A stretch of 64,000 bases of DNA. It comes from Octopus sinensis. Taxonomy: Eukaryota. The notes under the pieces were generated by a model. That model did not search any database. It was not told where the DNA came from and saw only the letters and a program-made list of their open reading frames with translations. The position numbers and the translations under genes are program-made. The first letter of the stretch is position 1; every line of letters starts with the position of its first letter. Shown piece after piece: positions 23,376 to 36,038 of this stretch. The DNA is taken from assembly GCF_006345805.1 (NCBI RefSeq), contig NC_043026.1:6696001-6760000 (forward strand). The letters are read 5' to 3'.

Positions 23376-23754
23376 GCTTGTTGGATCTAAGACATGACAT
23401 GAAAAAAATAGCCAATATCTCAAGGAGTGAGTGTCATGGAGTTTAGTAACATCCTACGATCACTGAGTAATTTCCCCAAAAATCAGGGGTTTTATAACTG
23501 CTCATATCCAAATTCTAAAAACCGTATTTTGTGAAAGAATTCTCTTTGACGAAAGTTTAGAATTCGTATATGGGCAGTGGTTTTAACCAATGGGATTACC
23601 AACAATTATGCTTGTTTGCGCAAACGACCATTACGTCATATTGCCGCCTTTTATGACTTGCTACAAAATTTAAGCAAAACGAGTGAAAATGGCAAGAGTG
23701 GAAGGCACTGCTCTAAACAAGGGCTAGAGGGGGCAATTGTCTATAGTGTCTTTG

Positions 23755-24380
23755 GGCAGTGAGCTGGCAGAATCGTTAGCACACCGGGCAAAATGCTTAG
23801 CGGTATTTCATCTACTGTTACATTCTGAGTTCAAATTCTGCCGAGGTCAGCTTTACCTTTCATCCTTCCAGGGTCAATAAATTAAGTACCAGTGAAATAC
23901 TGAGGTCATTCTAATCGACTACACCCTTTGCCCAAAATTTCAGGCCTTGTGCCTATAGTATAAAAGAATTATTTTAAAGACAGCGAGCTGGCAGAAATGC
24001 TAGCACACTGGGTGAAATGCTTAGCGGTATTTTGTCTGCCATTACGTTCTGAGTTCAAATTCCACTGAGGTTGACTTTGCCTGTTATCCTTTCGGAGTCA
24101 ATAAATTAAGTACCAGTTACGCACTGGGGTTGATGTAATCGACTTAATCCCTTTGTCTGTCCTTGTTTGTCCCCTCTGTGTTTAGCCCCTTGTAGGTAGT
24201 AAAGAAATAGGTATTTTGTCTGTCATTATGTTCTGAGTTCAAATTCCACCAAGCTTGACTTTGCCTTTCATCCTTTTGGGGTCAATAAATTAAGTACCAG
24301 TGAAACACTGGGGTTGATGTAATTGACTTACCCATCCCTGCAAATTTTAGGCCTTATGCTTTTAGTTTAAAGGATTATCA
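23755..24380 (+). mobile_element. SINE family B, monomer followed by multimer
   Basis: Heads near 23757 and 23980; units at 24027 and 24211. Confidence 0.8.
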
Positions 24381-24614
24381 TCATTATTTTTACTGAGGGT
24401 TGTGGTTTCACAGATTCGTTTAAGCATTTAACAACAATGATCCCTAAAGATCTCCCTCATTGGTTCGTCAGCTGGTCAGTATACTCAACAATATCATCTA
24501 CTTTGGGCTTTATCCACAGCCCTCAACCAGGATTCATATAGCCCTTGGGGGTTCACGTAAAATTTTGTCATTAAAGTTTATCTATAAAATATTGGTTCTC
24601 CTTGTACAACGAAG

Positions 24615-24925
24615 GCGCATGGCTCAGTGGTTAGAGCGTTGGGCTCACAATCCTGGGGTAGGGAGTTCGATTCCTGGACCAGGCGCTGTGTGTTGTGTTC
24701 TTGAGCAAGATACTTTATTTCACGTTGCTCCACTTCACTCAGCTGTAGAAATGTATTGGCCCCTTTGGCTTTCCCTTGGATAACATCAGTGGCATGGAGA
24801 GGGGGAAGGCTGGTATGCATGGGTGACTGTTGGTCTTCCATAAACAACCTTGCCTGGACATGTACCCCAGGGGGGAACTTTCTAGGTGCAATCCCATGGT
24901 CATTCATGACCGAAGGAGGGTCTCC
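24615..24925 (+). mobile_element. tRNA-derived SINE family E
   Basis: Box A TGGCTCAGTGG, box B GTTCGATTCC; related heads at ~27420, 55555 and 59445. Confidence 0.7.
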
Positions 24926-25250
24926 CATTTCTACAAAACTCAAAATATTTCAACAATTTTTTTTTTTATATAAATTCCTAATGGCTCTGTGGGTCCCATC
25001 TGACTAAGATAGGAACCCCGAAGGGGATCCACAGGTAAAAAAAAAAAAAAACAAAACAAAAAACGGGCTGAGAATCACTGGCCTAGAAGATAGGGTCTTG
25101 AAACATTATTCCTCTCCCTACCTCATCCACCCCTTGCCCCCTTCTCTGCCCTCCTTCGCCGCCCTCCGCACCTCCCTCCACACACACCACCTTTCCCCTG
25201 TAATTGAAGCATATAACCTAATTATGCAACATTGTGACACTGCTAAACCT

Positions 25251-25281
<31 letters not shown>

Positions 25282-25775
25282 ACTCTGCTATGTAATTAGG
25301 CACACCTCCACCTCCTCCTCCTCTCTTCCTTCTCCTCCCCCTCCTCCTCTCATTATTTCTGTCAGTCAGGTATGTGGTACTTGTTTTCCTATTTCTCTCG
25401 TGGCTCCAATTGTCTGCGTGTGTGTGTGTCTGTGTGTCTCTATCTTTCGGCTCATTTCAGTCATCAGACACCGGCCATGCTGGAGCATCGCCTCGAAGAG
25501 TTTCAGTCGAACGAATTGATTGCGGGATTCACTCTTTACTCTTTTACTTGTTTCAGTCATTTGACTGCGGCCATGCTGGGGCACTACCTTTAGTCGAGCA
25601 AATCGATCCCCAGGACTTAATCTTTGTAAGCCTAGTACTTATTATATCGGACTCTTTTGCTGAACCGCTAAGTTACGGGGAGGTAAACACAGCACCATCA
25701 GTTGTCAAGCGATGTTGGGGGGGGGGAGAAACACACACACACATACATATACATATATATATATATATATATATA

Positions 25776-25937
25776 GGTGCAGGAGTGGCTGTGTGGTAAG
25801 TAGCTTGCTAACCAACCACATGGTTCTGGGTTCAGTCCCATTTGGCTGCACCTTGGGCAAGTTTCTTCTACTATAGCCTTGGGCCGACCAAAGCCTTGTG
25901 GGTGGATTTGGTAGACGGAAACTGAAAGAAGCTCGTC

Positions 25938-25978
<41 letters not shown>

Positions 25979-26190
25979 TGTGTGTCTGTGTTTGTCCCAC
26001 CAACATTGCTTGACAACCGATGCAGGTGTGTTTATGTCTCTGTCACTTAGCGGTTCGGCAAAAGAGACCGATAGAAGTAATGGGCTTACAAAGAATAAGT
26101 CCCGGGGTCGGGTTTTTCGCCATTAAAGGCAGTGCTCCAGCATGGCCGCAGTCAAATGACTGAAACAAGTAAAAGAGAGTAAAAGAGAAT
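25776..26190 (+). mobile_element. SINE family A, full length
   Basis: Head, body and tail present. Confidence 0.85.
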
Positions 26191-26596
26191 ATACGACAGG
26201 CTTCTTTCAGTATATGTTTATATCTATAGCTCCTGGAGGCTTAGGCTGTCCCACATTCAAATTACAGAAGTATTTGTGTGTTGTGTTTCTATTGTGTGTG
26301 TGTGTGTGTCCCCACCCCCCGCCTTCCGGCTGAATAATTGGGTTGTTTTGAAAAGATTTGTTCTGCTAGCTTGTCATGTTTGACACAGTGATGCAGACAC
26401 ACACAAGCAAAGAGCATACATGCATATATATATACATGTATGTATGTATATATATGTGTATGTATGTATATATATGTGTGTGTATATATATATATATATG
26501 TGTGTGTGTGCATGTGTGTATATGTCCTTACAAACCACTAAGCCACAAGCATGTGGTTCGTAAGCAAGCTACTTACCACACAGCCACTCCTACGCC

Positions 26597-26632
<36 letters not shown>

Positions 26633-26989
26633 ACGTGATTATAGATACACATAGGTGTGCACACTCACACACACACTCATGTATTTGTCGTCCTGCTAGC
26701 ATAAGTTAAATGCTTGTGTGTGTGATGCATACAAATGTAGAGTAGGATCTCACCTTTCGACTCAATATCACACATTGTGTGTGTGTATCCACACACACAC
26801 ACACCACACTCTGCCCTTCTTTTTCAAATATGTGCAAATTTCTAAAAAAGCCTTTACATTTCCTGTTTTTAATAAAGAGCCCATCACACACACACTTACA
26901 CACACACACACACACACACATTCTCAGTCACTCATTGATATAACAAATATTATTGTTATCTTTCTCAGGAAGTTCTTTAATCTCTGTAC

Positions 26990-27335
26990 TTGTGTGTCTG
27001 TGTGTACCTGTACGTGTGTGTGTGTCTGTGTGTCCCTGTACGTGTGTGTCTGTGTACCTGTACGTGTGTGTGTGTCTGTGTACCTGTACGTGTGTGTGTG
27101 TATGCAAGTACCTGTGTGTGTGTATACGTGTACCTGTACGTGTGTGTATGCATGTACCTGTACGTGTGTGTATGTGTGTTCCTGTACGTGTGTGTGTGTA
27201 TGCAAGTACCTGTGTGTGTGTATACGTGTACATGTGTGTATACGTGTACCTGTATATGTGTGTGTGTTTGTATGCAAGTACCTGTACGTGTGTGTATGTC
27301 CTTGTATATGTATGAGTGTATGTATGCATGTTTAC
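26990..27335. repeat. Compound minisatellite (TACCTGTACGTGTGTGTG)n-like
   Basis: Direct inspection. Confidence 0.85.
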
Positions 27336-27681
27336 ATGTAGCTGTATCCTCCTCCTCCTCATCGTTTAATGTCTTCTCTTCGCGGGGAGGAGGCATGGCT
27401 TGGATGGTTTGGTGAAGGCTCGTGGCTCAGAGGATTGAGTATTTGGCTCAAGATCTTAGGGTCATGAGTTCAACCCCCCCCCCCAGTAGCACGTTTATGT
27501 CCTTGAGCAAGGCACTTCATTTCACATCGCTCCAGTCCACATACCTGGCAAAAATGAGACAGTTTTCTAAACAAAACTGTCCACCAAACGGGAACGTGAA
27601 ACTCTGAGTATCAGCTTTTGTGATATTTCTGCTGCTTTTCAATAAAGTGTGTGTGAGTGTGAGTGTGTGTGTGTGTCTGTG

Positions 27682-27715
<34 letters not shown>

Positions 27716-27716
27716 T

Positions 27717-27909
27717 ACTCTTTTACTTGTTTCAGTCATTTGACTGCGGCCATGCTGGAGCACCGCCTTTAATCGAGCAACTCGACCCCGGAACTTATTC
27801 TTTGTAAGCCCAGTACTTATTCTATCGGTCTCTTTTGCCGAACCGCTAAGTAACGGGACGTAAACACACACCATCGGTTGTCAAACAATGCTGGGGGACA
27901 GACACACAT

Positions 27910-27984
<75 letters not shown>

Positions 27985-28110
27985 GACAGGTTCTTTCAGT
28001 TTCTGTCTACCCAATCCACTCACAAGGCATTGGTCGGCCCGGGGCTATAGCAGAAGACACTTGCCCAAGATGCCATGTGGTTGGTTAGCAAGCTACTTAC
28101 CACACAGCAA
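27717..28110 (-). mobile_element. SINE family A
   Basis: Head has an internal deletion; body and tail present. Confidence 0.8.
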
Positions 28111-28590
28111 TGAGTATACTGAAGTAGCATTTTGTGAATTTTAATTTAGATCTAAATACAGCTTAATATTGCCCTACATCTGTTTCCACGACATCATTTT
28201 GTAGCTGTTGCATTTCCAACTTTGCTGCAGGACCCGTGTAGTTTCTTCAGGGTCTTCCCTCTAGTTTCCTTTCATATTGAACTGGTTAGAGTTTTAAGTT
28301 AATTTTAGTATTGCGTTGAATGAAGTGGTGTTAGACGTTAATGTCAAACGTGAACTCTGTTTTGAATTCGAAGCATTGATTGGAGAATCATTTGCTTCCT
28401 AGAGTTGTTTAATTCAGAATATTTCATTTAATGTTATTTATTTTGGTTGTTTGATTATTTAAAACTTATTTTTAATTATTTAAAGGTTTATTTTTTTCAT
28501 ATGCAAGCATTGTAAAAATTGTTCTTGCCTAGAATTTATATCATAATCTGGTAAAATTCTTCTCTGCATAAATCGCATTTATTTGTCTCT

Positions 28591-28623
<33 letters not shown>

Positions 28624-28646
28624 ATATATATATATATATATATATA

Positions 28647-28896
28647 TTGGGTTGGGGCATAATTATTGTGGCTTTTTTTCAACAAATTTTATTCAACAAA
28701 AACAATAGCAATATTTAACAAAAACATCTTTGAATGACGGTCTGACTGTCTGCCAAGCAAATGGGAAGCAGTAATTGAAGTAGATGGTGAATATGCTCCG
28801 GAATAATCATTTAAAGATGTTTTTGTTACATGTTGTTGTTGTTTTTGTTGAATAAATTTGTTGAAAAAAATCCGCAATAATTATGTACCAGCCCAA
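28647..28896 (+). mobile_element. Internally deleted mariner derivative (250 bp)
   Basis: TA|TTGGGTTGG..ATAATTATTG / CAATAATTAT..CCAGCCCAA|TA TIRs; interior encodes LPSKWEAVIEVDGEYAPE*, resembling the mariner transposase C-terminus. Confidence 0.75.
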
Positions 28897-29066
28897 TATA
28901 TATACGCACACACACACTGGGTGGTTCAAAAGTAGGTTTACAGCTATTCAATTATATCTCTTTCACATTCATAAATTAACAGTTTAGGTCTTAATTATAA
29001 AATAAATATGAAATCATTATTCTAGTGACCTGATTTGAGATCGTGTGCTGGAGCGAAAACAATTGC

Positions 29067-29327
29067 GTGGAAAGTGTCTGTAAGCCATTTAAGAAACACA
29101 CAAAAGCCGTGCGATTCACTTCAACATTTAAGTTTAATTTGTCAAAATATTTTCGTTGCTAAAATCCGCAACCCGTTCACTGCCAAAAATCCCTGCAGCA
29201 CGGATTTTTGTTAGTGAACAGGTCGCGGATTTTAGCGACGAAAATATTTTGACAAATTAAACTTAAATGTTGAAGTGAATCGCACGGCTTTTGTGTGTTT
29301 CTTAAATGGCTGACAGACACTTTCCAC
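29067..29327. repeat. 261-bp near-perfect palindrome (126-bp arms, 9-nt loop)
   Basis: 29067-29192 vs reverse complement of 29202-29327: 6 mismatches by eye. Confidence 0.92.
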
Positions 29328-29654
29328 ATTATTCTATGCTAATCTAGTTAATTTTGTCAAGCTCCCTTTTCAGTTTATAATTGTCGCCCCCACCCCTCAA
29401 ATCTGGAGGCCCTGAGACTATTGTGACTGAAAAAAATGAGATGATACTTGTGAACAGTCCGACGAAGTCCACACAATGTACTTCTCTAGAACAATCCATA
29501 TTAAGAACTGCAATGCCCAGTGCATTAAGCTGAAATTAAAACCTTTCCGTCCATGACTGCTACATGGAGTTAGAGGGTTCTGAAGACGTTTGAAGAATGT
29601 TACAATGTTGAAGGTGGACATTTTGAGCATCTGAGAGATTAGTCGTTGTCTGTT

Positions 29655-30000
29655 TAAGATGTCATCATCATTGTTTAATGTCCGTTTTCCATGAGTTGGA
29701 TGGTTCAACTGGGGCCTGGGAAGCCAGGAGGTTGCATCAGGCTCCAATCTGATCTGGCAGTGTTTCTACAGCTGGATGCCCTTCCTAACGCACAACACAC
29801 TCCGTGAGTTGTAGTGGGTGCTGCTTTTATGTGTGCCACCGGCACAGGTGCCAAGGGAGGCTGGCAGCAGCCACGATCGGTTGTTGCTTTTATGTGCCAA
29901 CGGGCAGGTGCCAGGGGTAGGCTGGCAGCAGCCACGATCGGTTGGTGCTTTTTATGTGCCACTGGCACAGGTATCATAACTACAATTTCCATTTGATATT
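29655..30000 (-). mobile_element. SINE family C with internal GTGCCACCGGCAC repeats
   Basis: Matches 16987, 35655 and 57975 copies. Confidence 0.75.
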
Positions 30001-30689
30001 TATTTCGATGTTGATGTACTTAACTCAATAGGTCTTCTCAAGCACAGCAGATCACCCTACGATCCAAGCTTAGCACAGCAGGCCGTCCCGCAAGCCATGA
30101 ACTCACGAACTCACTTCATTTGTCGGGTCTTCGTAGTCACAGCATATCTCAGAGGTCTCAGTCTTTCGTCATTGCCTCCGTGAGGCCCAACATGCCACCA
30201 GCATGGGTTTCACAACTACGATATCTATTTGATACAGTATGATTTGTAAGATAGAATCTTAATTGTAATAAAATGTTTTAATACAAATCGACCCTTTATT
30301 TCGTTTGCATTTATCATAATTGACCCTTTATTTTGTTTTGCTTTTTCTCTTTTTACAGAGGTCTGTCCAGAATGCTAGGAAACAGTTCGTCGCCAGTAAA
30401 AGCACTAAAGGACCCATATCCTCATCGTCATTTAACACCTGTTTTCCATGCTGGCATGGGTTGTACGGTTTGACCAGAGCTGGCAAGCTGCACAGGGATC
30501 CAGTTCCCTGGTTGGATGTGCTCCCCAACGCCAACCACCTTACAGACTGGTGCTGTTAAAATGGTGATGTATTAAATCTGCAAATATTCTTTAGTCTTTG
30601 ATCTTTTGGCTTAATCAGAAATTCTTTTCTGATGAAATGGGAGCTGTCAAATGTCCTCAGTAAACTTGGCTGTAAATATATCTCTCTTT

Positions 30690-31095
30690 ACTCTTTTACT
30701 CTTTTACTTGTTTCAGTCATTTGACTGCGGGGCCATGCTGGAGCACCGCTTTTAGTCGAGCAAATCGACCCGGGACTTATTGTTTGTAAGCCCAGTACTT
30801 ATTCTATCGGTCTCTTTTGCCGAACCGCCGCTAAGTAACGGGGACGTAAACACACCAGCATCGGTTGTCAAGCAATGCTGGGGGACAAACAACACCATAC
30901 ACACAAAACACAAATATATATATACATATATCCGACAGGCTTCTTTCAGTTCCGTCTACCAAATCCACTCACAAGGCTTTGGTCGGCCGGGGGCTATAGC
31001 AGAAGACACTTGCCCAAGGTGCCACGCAGTGGGACTGAACCCGGAACTATGTGGTTGGTAAGCAAGCTACTTACCCCACAGCCACTCCTGCGCCT
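30690..31095 (-). mobile_element. SINE family A, full length
   Basis: Head, body and tail present. Confidence 0.85.
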
Positions 31096-31377
31096 ACATA
31101 TGCACCACAATGTAGGAAGAATTGGTGTCCATGGCCAAGACACTCATTTGCCCCAGCATGGTCAACAACTTGTGTCCACAGCAAGGCCACAGTCCACCTG
31201 GCTGTAATGAGGTATCACAACGTTAGAGCGATGTGTCCATGGCTGTCGTGTCCCTTGTCCTTCCGATTTGAATGGGGAGAACACTTTATTTTATCCCAGG
31301 ACTTGTTTTTTTATTTCATCTGCCCCTGGTTGGATGAAATGTGAAGTTCACCTCACAGGATTTGAACTAAAATATGA

Positions 31378-31643
31378 CATGGCTGTGAAGTGTGAGTCAG
31401 AAACAATTAAGGCATAGCTGGAGTCAGAGTCTGTAAAACTATACTGACTCCGACTCGCGATACCTTCATTCTTTAATCTGAACCAGTTATAAGATATAGG
31501 CCGACTCAAAGTACAAGTGTATGCTTTATGTGGTATGTAGACCACAATCACTTAATTACATAAAGAGGAGTCGGAATCGGAGTCAGGGGTGCCAATAGTA
31601 GAGGAGTGGAGTTGAAGTTTTTTGTTCCGACTCCACAGCCCTG
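31378..31643. mobile_element. hAT-like MITE remnant
   Basis: CATGGCTGTG.. / ..CCGACTCCACAGCCCTG termini, internal GGAGTCGG repeats; TSD not recognisable. Confidence 0.4.
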
Positions 31644-32103
31644 GTTTGATCTACCGATTCTAAAGCCTCTCCTCACACATTTTTGATGGTCTTTTCATGT
31701 TTTTGCATTTCATACTTTCGTTGTTGCTGTCAATTATTTTAGGGCTGTCAAATTATTTTAGGGCCCTCGTCCACAGACCTGGACTGAATGCTTGCACCTG
31801 CCTAAATTCCACCCAGAACACCCCACAACCAGATGGTGCAACCAAAGTACTGGGTTATTAACCCTTTAGCATTTCAACTGTCCATATCTGCCCCAAATGG
31901 TCTCCCTGTTTTAAGATCAGCTCAATAGTAGAAACCTGAGAACCATCGAGAACATTAGATGGTACCATCTCGTTCCCAACAGAGAACTGCATCAGCCTGC
32001 AGCCTCCCACCTCATATGAACAACAAGCAGGTATATTAGTTTGGTGCTCGGGAAACTGAGAAGGTCTTTTACATTTCAAGCCTATGCTCTTCAGCAGAGT
32101 AGT

Positions 32104-32392
32104 GGAGGCACATGGCCTAGTAGTAGAGCAGAGGAATCGCGGGTTCGAATCTCAGACCGGGCAATGTGTGTGTTTGTGAGCAAAAGCACCTAAGCTCCAC
32201 GCGGCTCCACCAGAAGGTAATGGCAAAACTTCTGCTGACTCTTTCGCCACAACTTTCTCTCATTCTTTCCTCCTGCATCTTACAGCTCACCTGTGACGGA
32301 CTGGCATCTGGTCCAGGTGGGGAACCTATATGCCAAGGAAACCGGGAAACCGGCCCTTATGAGCCAGTGATGGCTTGAGAAGGAACAAACAA
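32104..32392 (+). mobile_element. tRNA-derived SINE family D
   Basis: GGAGGCACATGGCCTAGT..GGTTCGAATCTC head; related copies at 32577, 33976, 46726 (+) and 21052, 44322, 51990 (-). Confidence 0.75.
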
Positions 32393-32574
32393 CAGAGTAG
32401 GAGGTTAAAGCAGGATTAAGTGGGGGTGGCCATGGGAGTGCAGAATATATAAATGAAATTTGCAGAAGTGTGTATGCGTGTGTATTTATGTGTTTATTAG
32501 TGTGTATATAGAGATATGATAATGCTAAAATGATTGTGTGTGTATATATATGTATATATATATATATATTATAT

Positions 32575-32986
32575 TGTGGAGGTGCAATGGCCTAGTGGTT
32601 AGGACAGCGGAGTCGCAGGATTGCGGTTTCGATTCCCAGACCGGGCGTTGTGAGTGTTTATTGAGCAAAAACACCTAAAAGCTCCACGAGGCTCTGGCAG
32701 GGGGTGGTGATCCCTGCTGTACTCTTTCACCACAGTTTCTTCTGTTGGCCTGCTCGCTTAGCCAGCGGGGTGGCGTCTTTCGAAGGCTAAAAAAAAAACA
32801 ATGCGAATGCATTGTGACCAGCGATGTGTAACAACATCTGATGGTCTGGTCGATCACGTGATCACATGATATTATATTAAATTAGAGATAAAACCACTAT
32901 TAGGAAAAATCAAACAGTGAAAAACATCAGCCAATACATAAAATTAATTTAAAAATAAAAAATTATTTAAATAATTTAAGCTTATA

Positions 32987-33023
<37 letters not shown>

Positions 33024-33723
33024 AATATATATATGTATGTATGTATATTTTTATATTTATATATTATTTTATTTATTTATTTTTTTTTTTTTAAATATCA
33101 AAAGTATTAAAAGTTTAATAAAAGATATATATATATATATATCATATATATATATAATAATATATATGTATTGCATATCTCTGTGTATGAATATGTGACT
33201 TTTGAGCGTATCCGGCTTCACCCGTTTCATCTTTGCAGCATCCCTGTTCGCCGTTCTTTAACAAGTAACCGTTTAGGTCGTGACGTTTGCAATTTTGGTA
33301 TCCACATGAAACAAATTGCACTCGTCCCGGCCTGCATGCATGCTTCCAACATCTAAAGATCTTCAAAAAGAGGATTTCTGCTGATGCCTACCCCCAGCAG
33401 ATTATTTTCACCGATGTCATTCACAATGTATTGGTTTACACTGAAGACCCTTCTGAGATTTTGATGGTAACACAATGAGTCCTGCATAATAAATCATTAA
33501 AAAAGGTTCAGAAAGGTTTTATGTGAAATTTGGATTAAACTTACTCTTTTATTCTTTTCAGTCATTTTGACTGCGGCCATGCTGGAGCACCGCATTTATT
33601 CGAGCGAATCGACCCCAGGACTTACTCTTTGTAAGCCAAGTACTTATACTATCGGTTTCTTTTGCCGAACCGCTAAGTTATGGGGACATAAAACACCAGC
33701 ATCAGTTGTCAAGCGATGTTGGG

Positions 33724-33804
<81 letters not shown>

Positions 33805-34516
33805 CATACATATACGTACATACATATATATACATAAATATATATATATACACATACATATATATATATACACTTAAATATATATATATATATATACATA
33901 CATTTATGTATATATATACATATATGTATACACACATATATACATACATATATGTATATATATATATATATATTGTGGAGGTGCAATGGCCTAGTGGTTA
34001 GGACAGCGGAGTCGCAGGATTGCGGTTTCGATTCCCAGACCGGGCGTTGTGAGTGTTTATTGAGCAAAACACACCTAAACTCCACGAGGCTCTGGCAGGG
34101 GGTGGTGATCCCTGCTGTACTCTTTCACCACAGTTTCTTCTGTTGGCCTGCTCGCTTAGCCAGCGGGGTGGCGTCTTTCGAAGGCTTAAAAAAAAAACAA
34201 TGCGAATGCATTGTGACCAGCGATGTGTAACAACATCTGATGGTCTGGTCGATCACGTGATCACATGATATTATATTAAATTAGAGATAACCACTATTAG
34301 AAAAATCAAACAGTGAAAAACATCAGCCAATACATAAAATTTATTTAAAAATAAAAAATTATTTAAATAATTTAGCTTATAATTTTATATATATATATAA
34401 TATATATATATATACAAATATATATATGTATGTATGTATTTTTATATTTTATATTTATTGTTTATTTATTTATTTTTTTTTTTAAATTCAAAAGTATAAA
34501 AGTTTAATAAAAGATA

Positions 34517-34558
<42 letters not shown>

Positions 34559-35650
34559 TGCATATCTCTGTGTATAATATGTGACTTTTGAGCGTATCCG
34601 GCTTCACCCGTTTCATCTTTGCAGCATCCCTGTTCGCCGTTCTTTAACATAGTACCTTTTAGGTCGTGACGTTTGCAATTTTGGTATCCACATGAAACAA
34701 ATTGCACTCGTCCCGGCCTGCATGCATGCTTCCAACATCTAAAGATCTTCAAAAAGAGGATTTCTGCTGATCCTACCCCAGCAGATTATTTTCACCGATG
34801 TCTTCACAATGTTTGGTTTACACTGAAGACCCTTCTGAGATTTTGAGGTAACCAATGAGTCCTGCATAATAAATCATTAAAAAAGGTTCAGAAAGGTTTT
34901 ATGTGAAATTTGGATTAAACTTACTCTTTTATTCTTTTCAGTCATTTTGACTGCGGCCATGCTGGAGCACCGCATTTATTCGAGCGAATCGACCCCAGGA
35001 CTTACTCTTTGTAAGCCAGTACTTATACTATCGGTTTCTTTTGCCGAACCGCTAAGTTATGGGGACATAAAACACCAGCATCAGTTGTCAAGCGATGTTG
35101 GGACGCACACACACACACACCACACAACAACACATATATATATCTATATACATACATACATATACATACATATATATATATATATACAGACATACATACA
35201 TACATATATATCCTAAATATATATATATAATATACATACATATATATATATATAACATACCTAATATATATACACTAAATATTATATATATACACATTTA
35301 TGTATATATATACATATATGTATACACACATAATACATACATATATGTATATATTATACTTGTATATATATAACACATACATATATACACATACATATAT
35401 ATTATATACATACATACATATATATATACATCCATATATATATACTATACACATGTACGTATATATATACATGTGTATATATATATATATATATAGATAT
35501 ATACATACATGTATATATATATATATAATATACATATATATAGATATATTTATATATATACACATATATATATACATATATACACATACATACTCATACA
35601 TATATACATACATATATATATACACACATATATCTACACATATATATATA
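32575..35650. repeat. ~1.4-kb tandem duplication (copy 1 from 32575, copy 2 from 33974); likely assembly artefact
   Basis: Same SINE D / AT tract / unique segment / SINE A order twice; differences are mostly 1-nt indels; lies just left of the gap. Confidence 0.85.
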
Positions 35651-35938
35651 TATCATCATCATCATTTAGCGTCTGCTTTCCATGCTAGCATGGGTTGGAC
35701 GGGTCAACTGGGGTCTGTGAAGCTGGTAGGCTTCGTCAGGCCCAGTCAGATCTGGCAGTGTTTCTACGGCTGGATGCCCTTCCTAACGCCAACCACTCCG
35801 TGAGTGTAGTGGGTGTTTTTTACGTGTCACCTGCACAGGTGCCAGACAGAGCTGGCAAACGTCCACGAACGGATGTGCTTTTACGGGTCACCGGCACGGG
35901 GCCAGGCGAGGCTGGCAACGGACACGAACGGATGGTGC

Positions 35939-36038
35939 NNNNNNNNNNNNNNNNNNNNNNNNNNNNNNNNNNNNNNNNNNNNNNNNNNNNNNNNNNNNNN
36001 NNNNNNNNNNNNNNNNNNNNNNNNNNNNNNNNNNNNNN
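35939..36038. other. Scaffold gap (100 N)
   Basis: Exactly 100 N. Confidence 0.99.

Noticed and set aside
24615-24690. tRNA gene (CAC anticodon-like loop)
   Set aside because: The anticodon and acceptor stems do not pair, and the sequence continues into a SINE body with relatives elsewhere; it is a SINE head.
25350-25375. 4-nt microexon (TTTCTGTCAG|TCAG|GTATGT)
   Set aside because: Such short AG/GT adjacency is expected by chance, the length is not a multiple of 3, and it abuts a SINE tail.
31378-31643. Recent hAT insertion with 8-bp TSD (also tested at 57772-58558)
   Set aside because: The flanking 8-mers do not match (5/8 at best), so these are kept only as old, low-confidence remnants.
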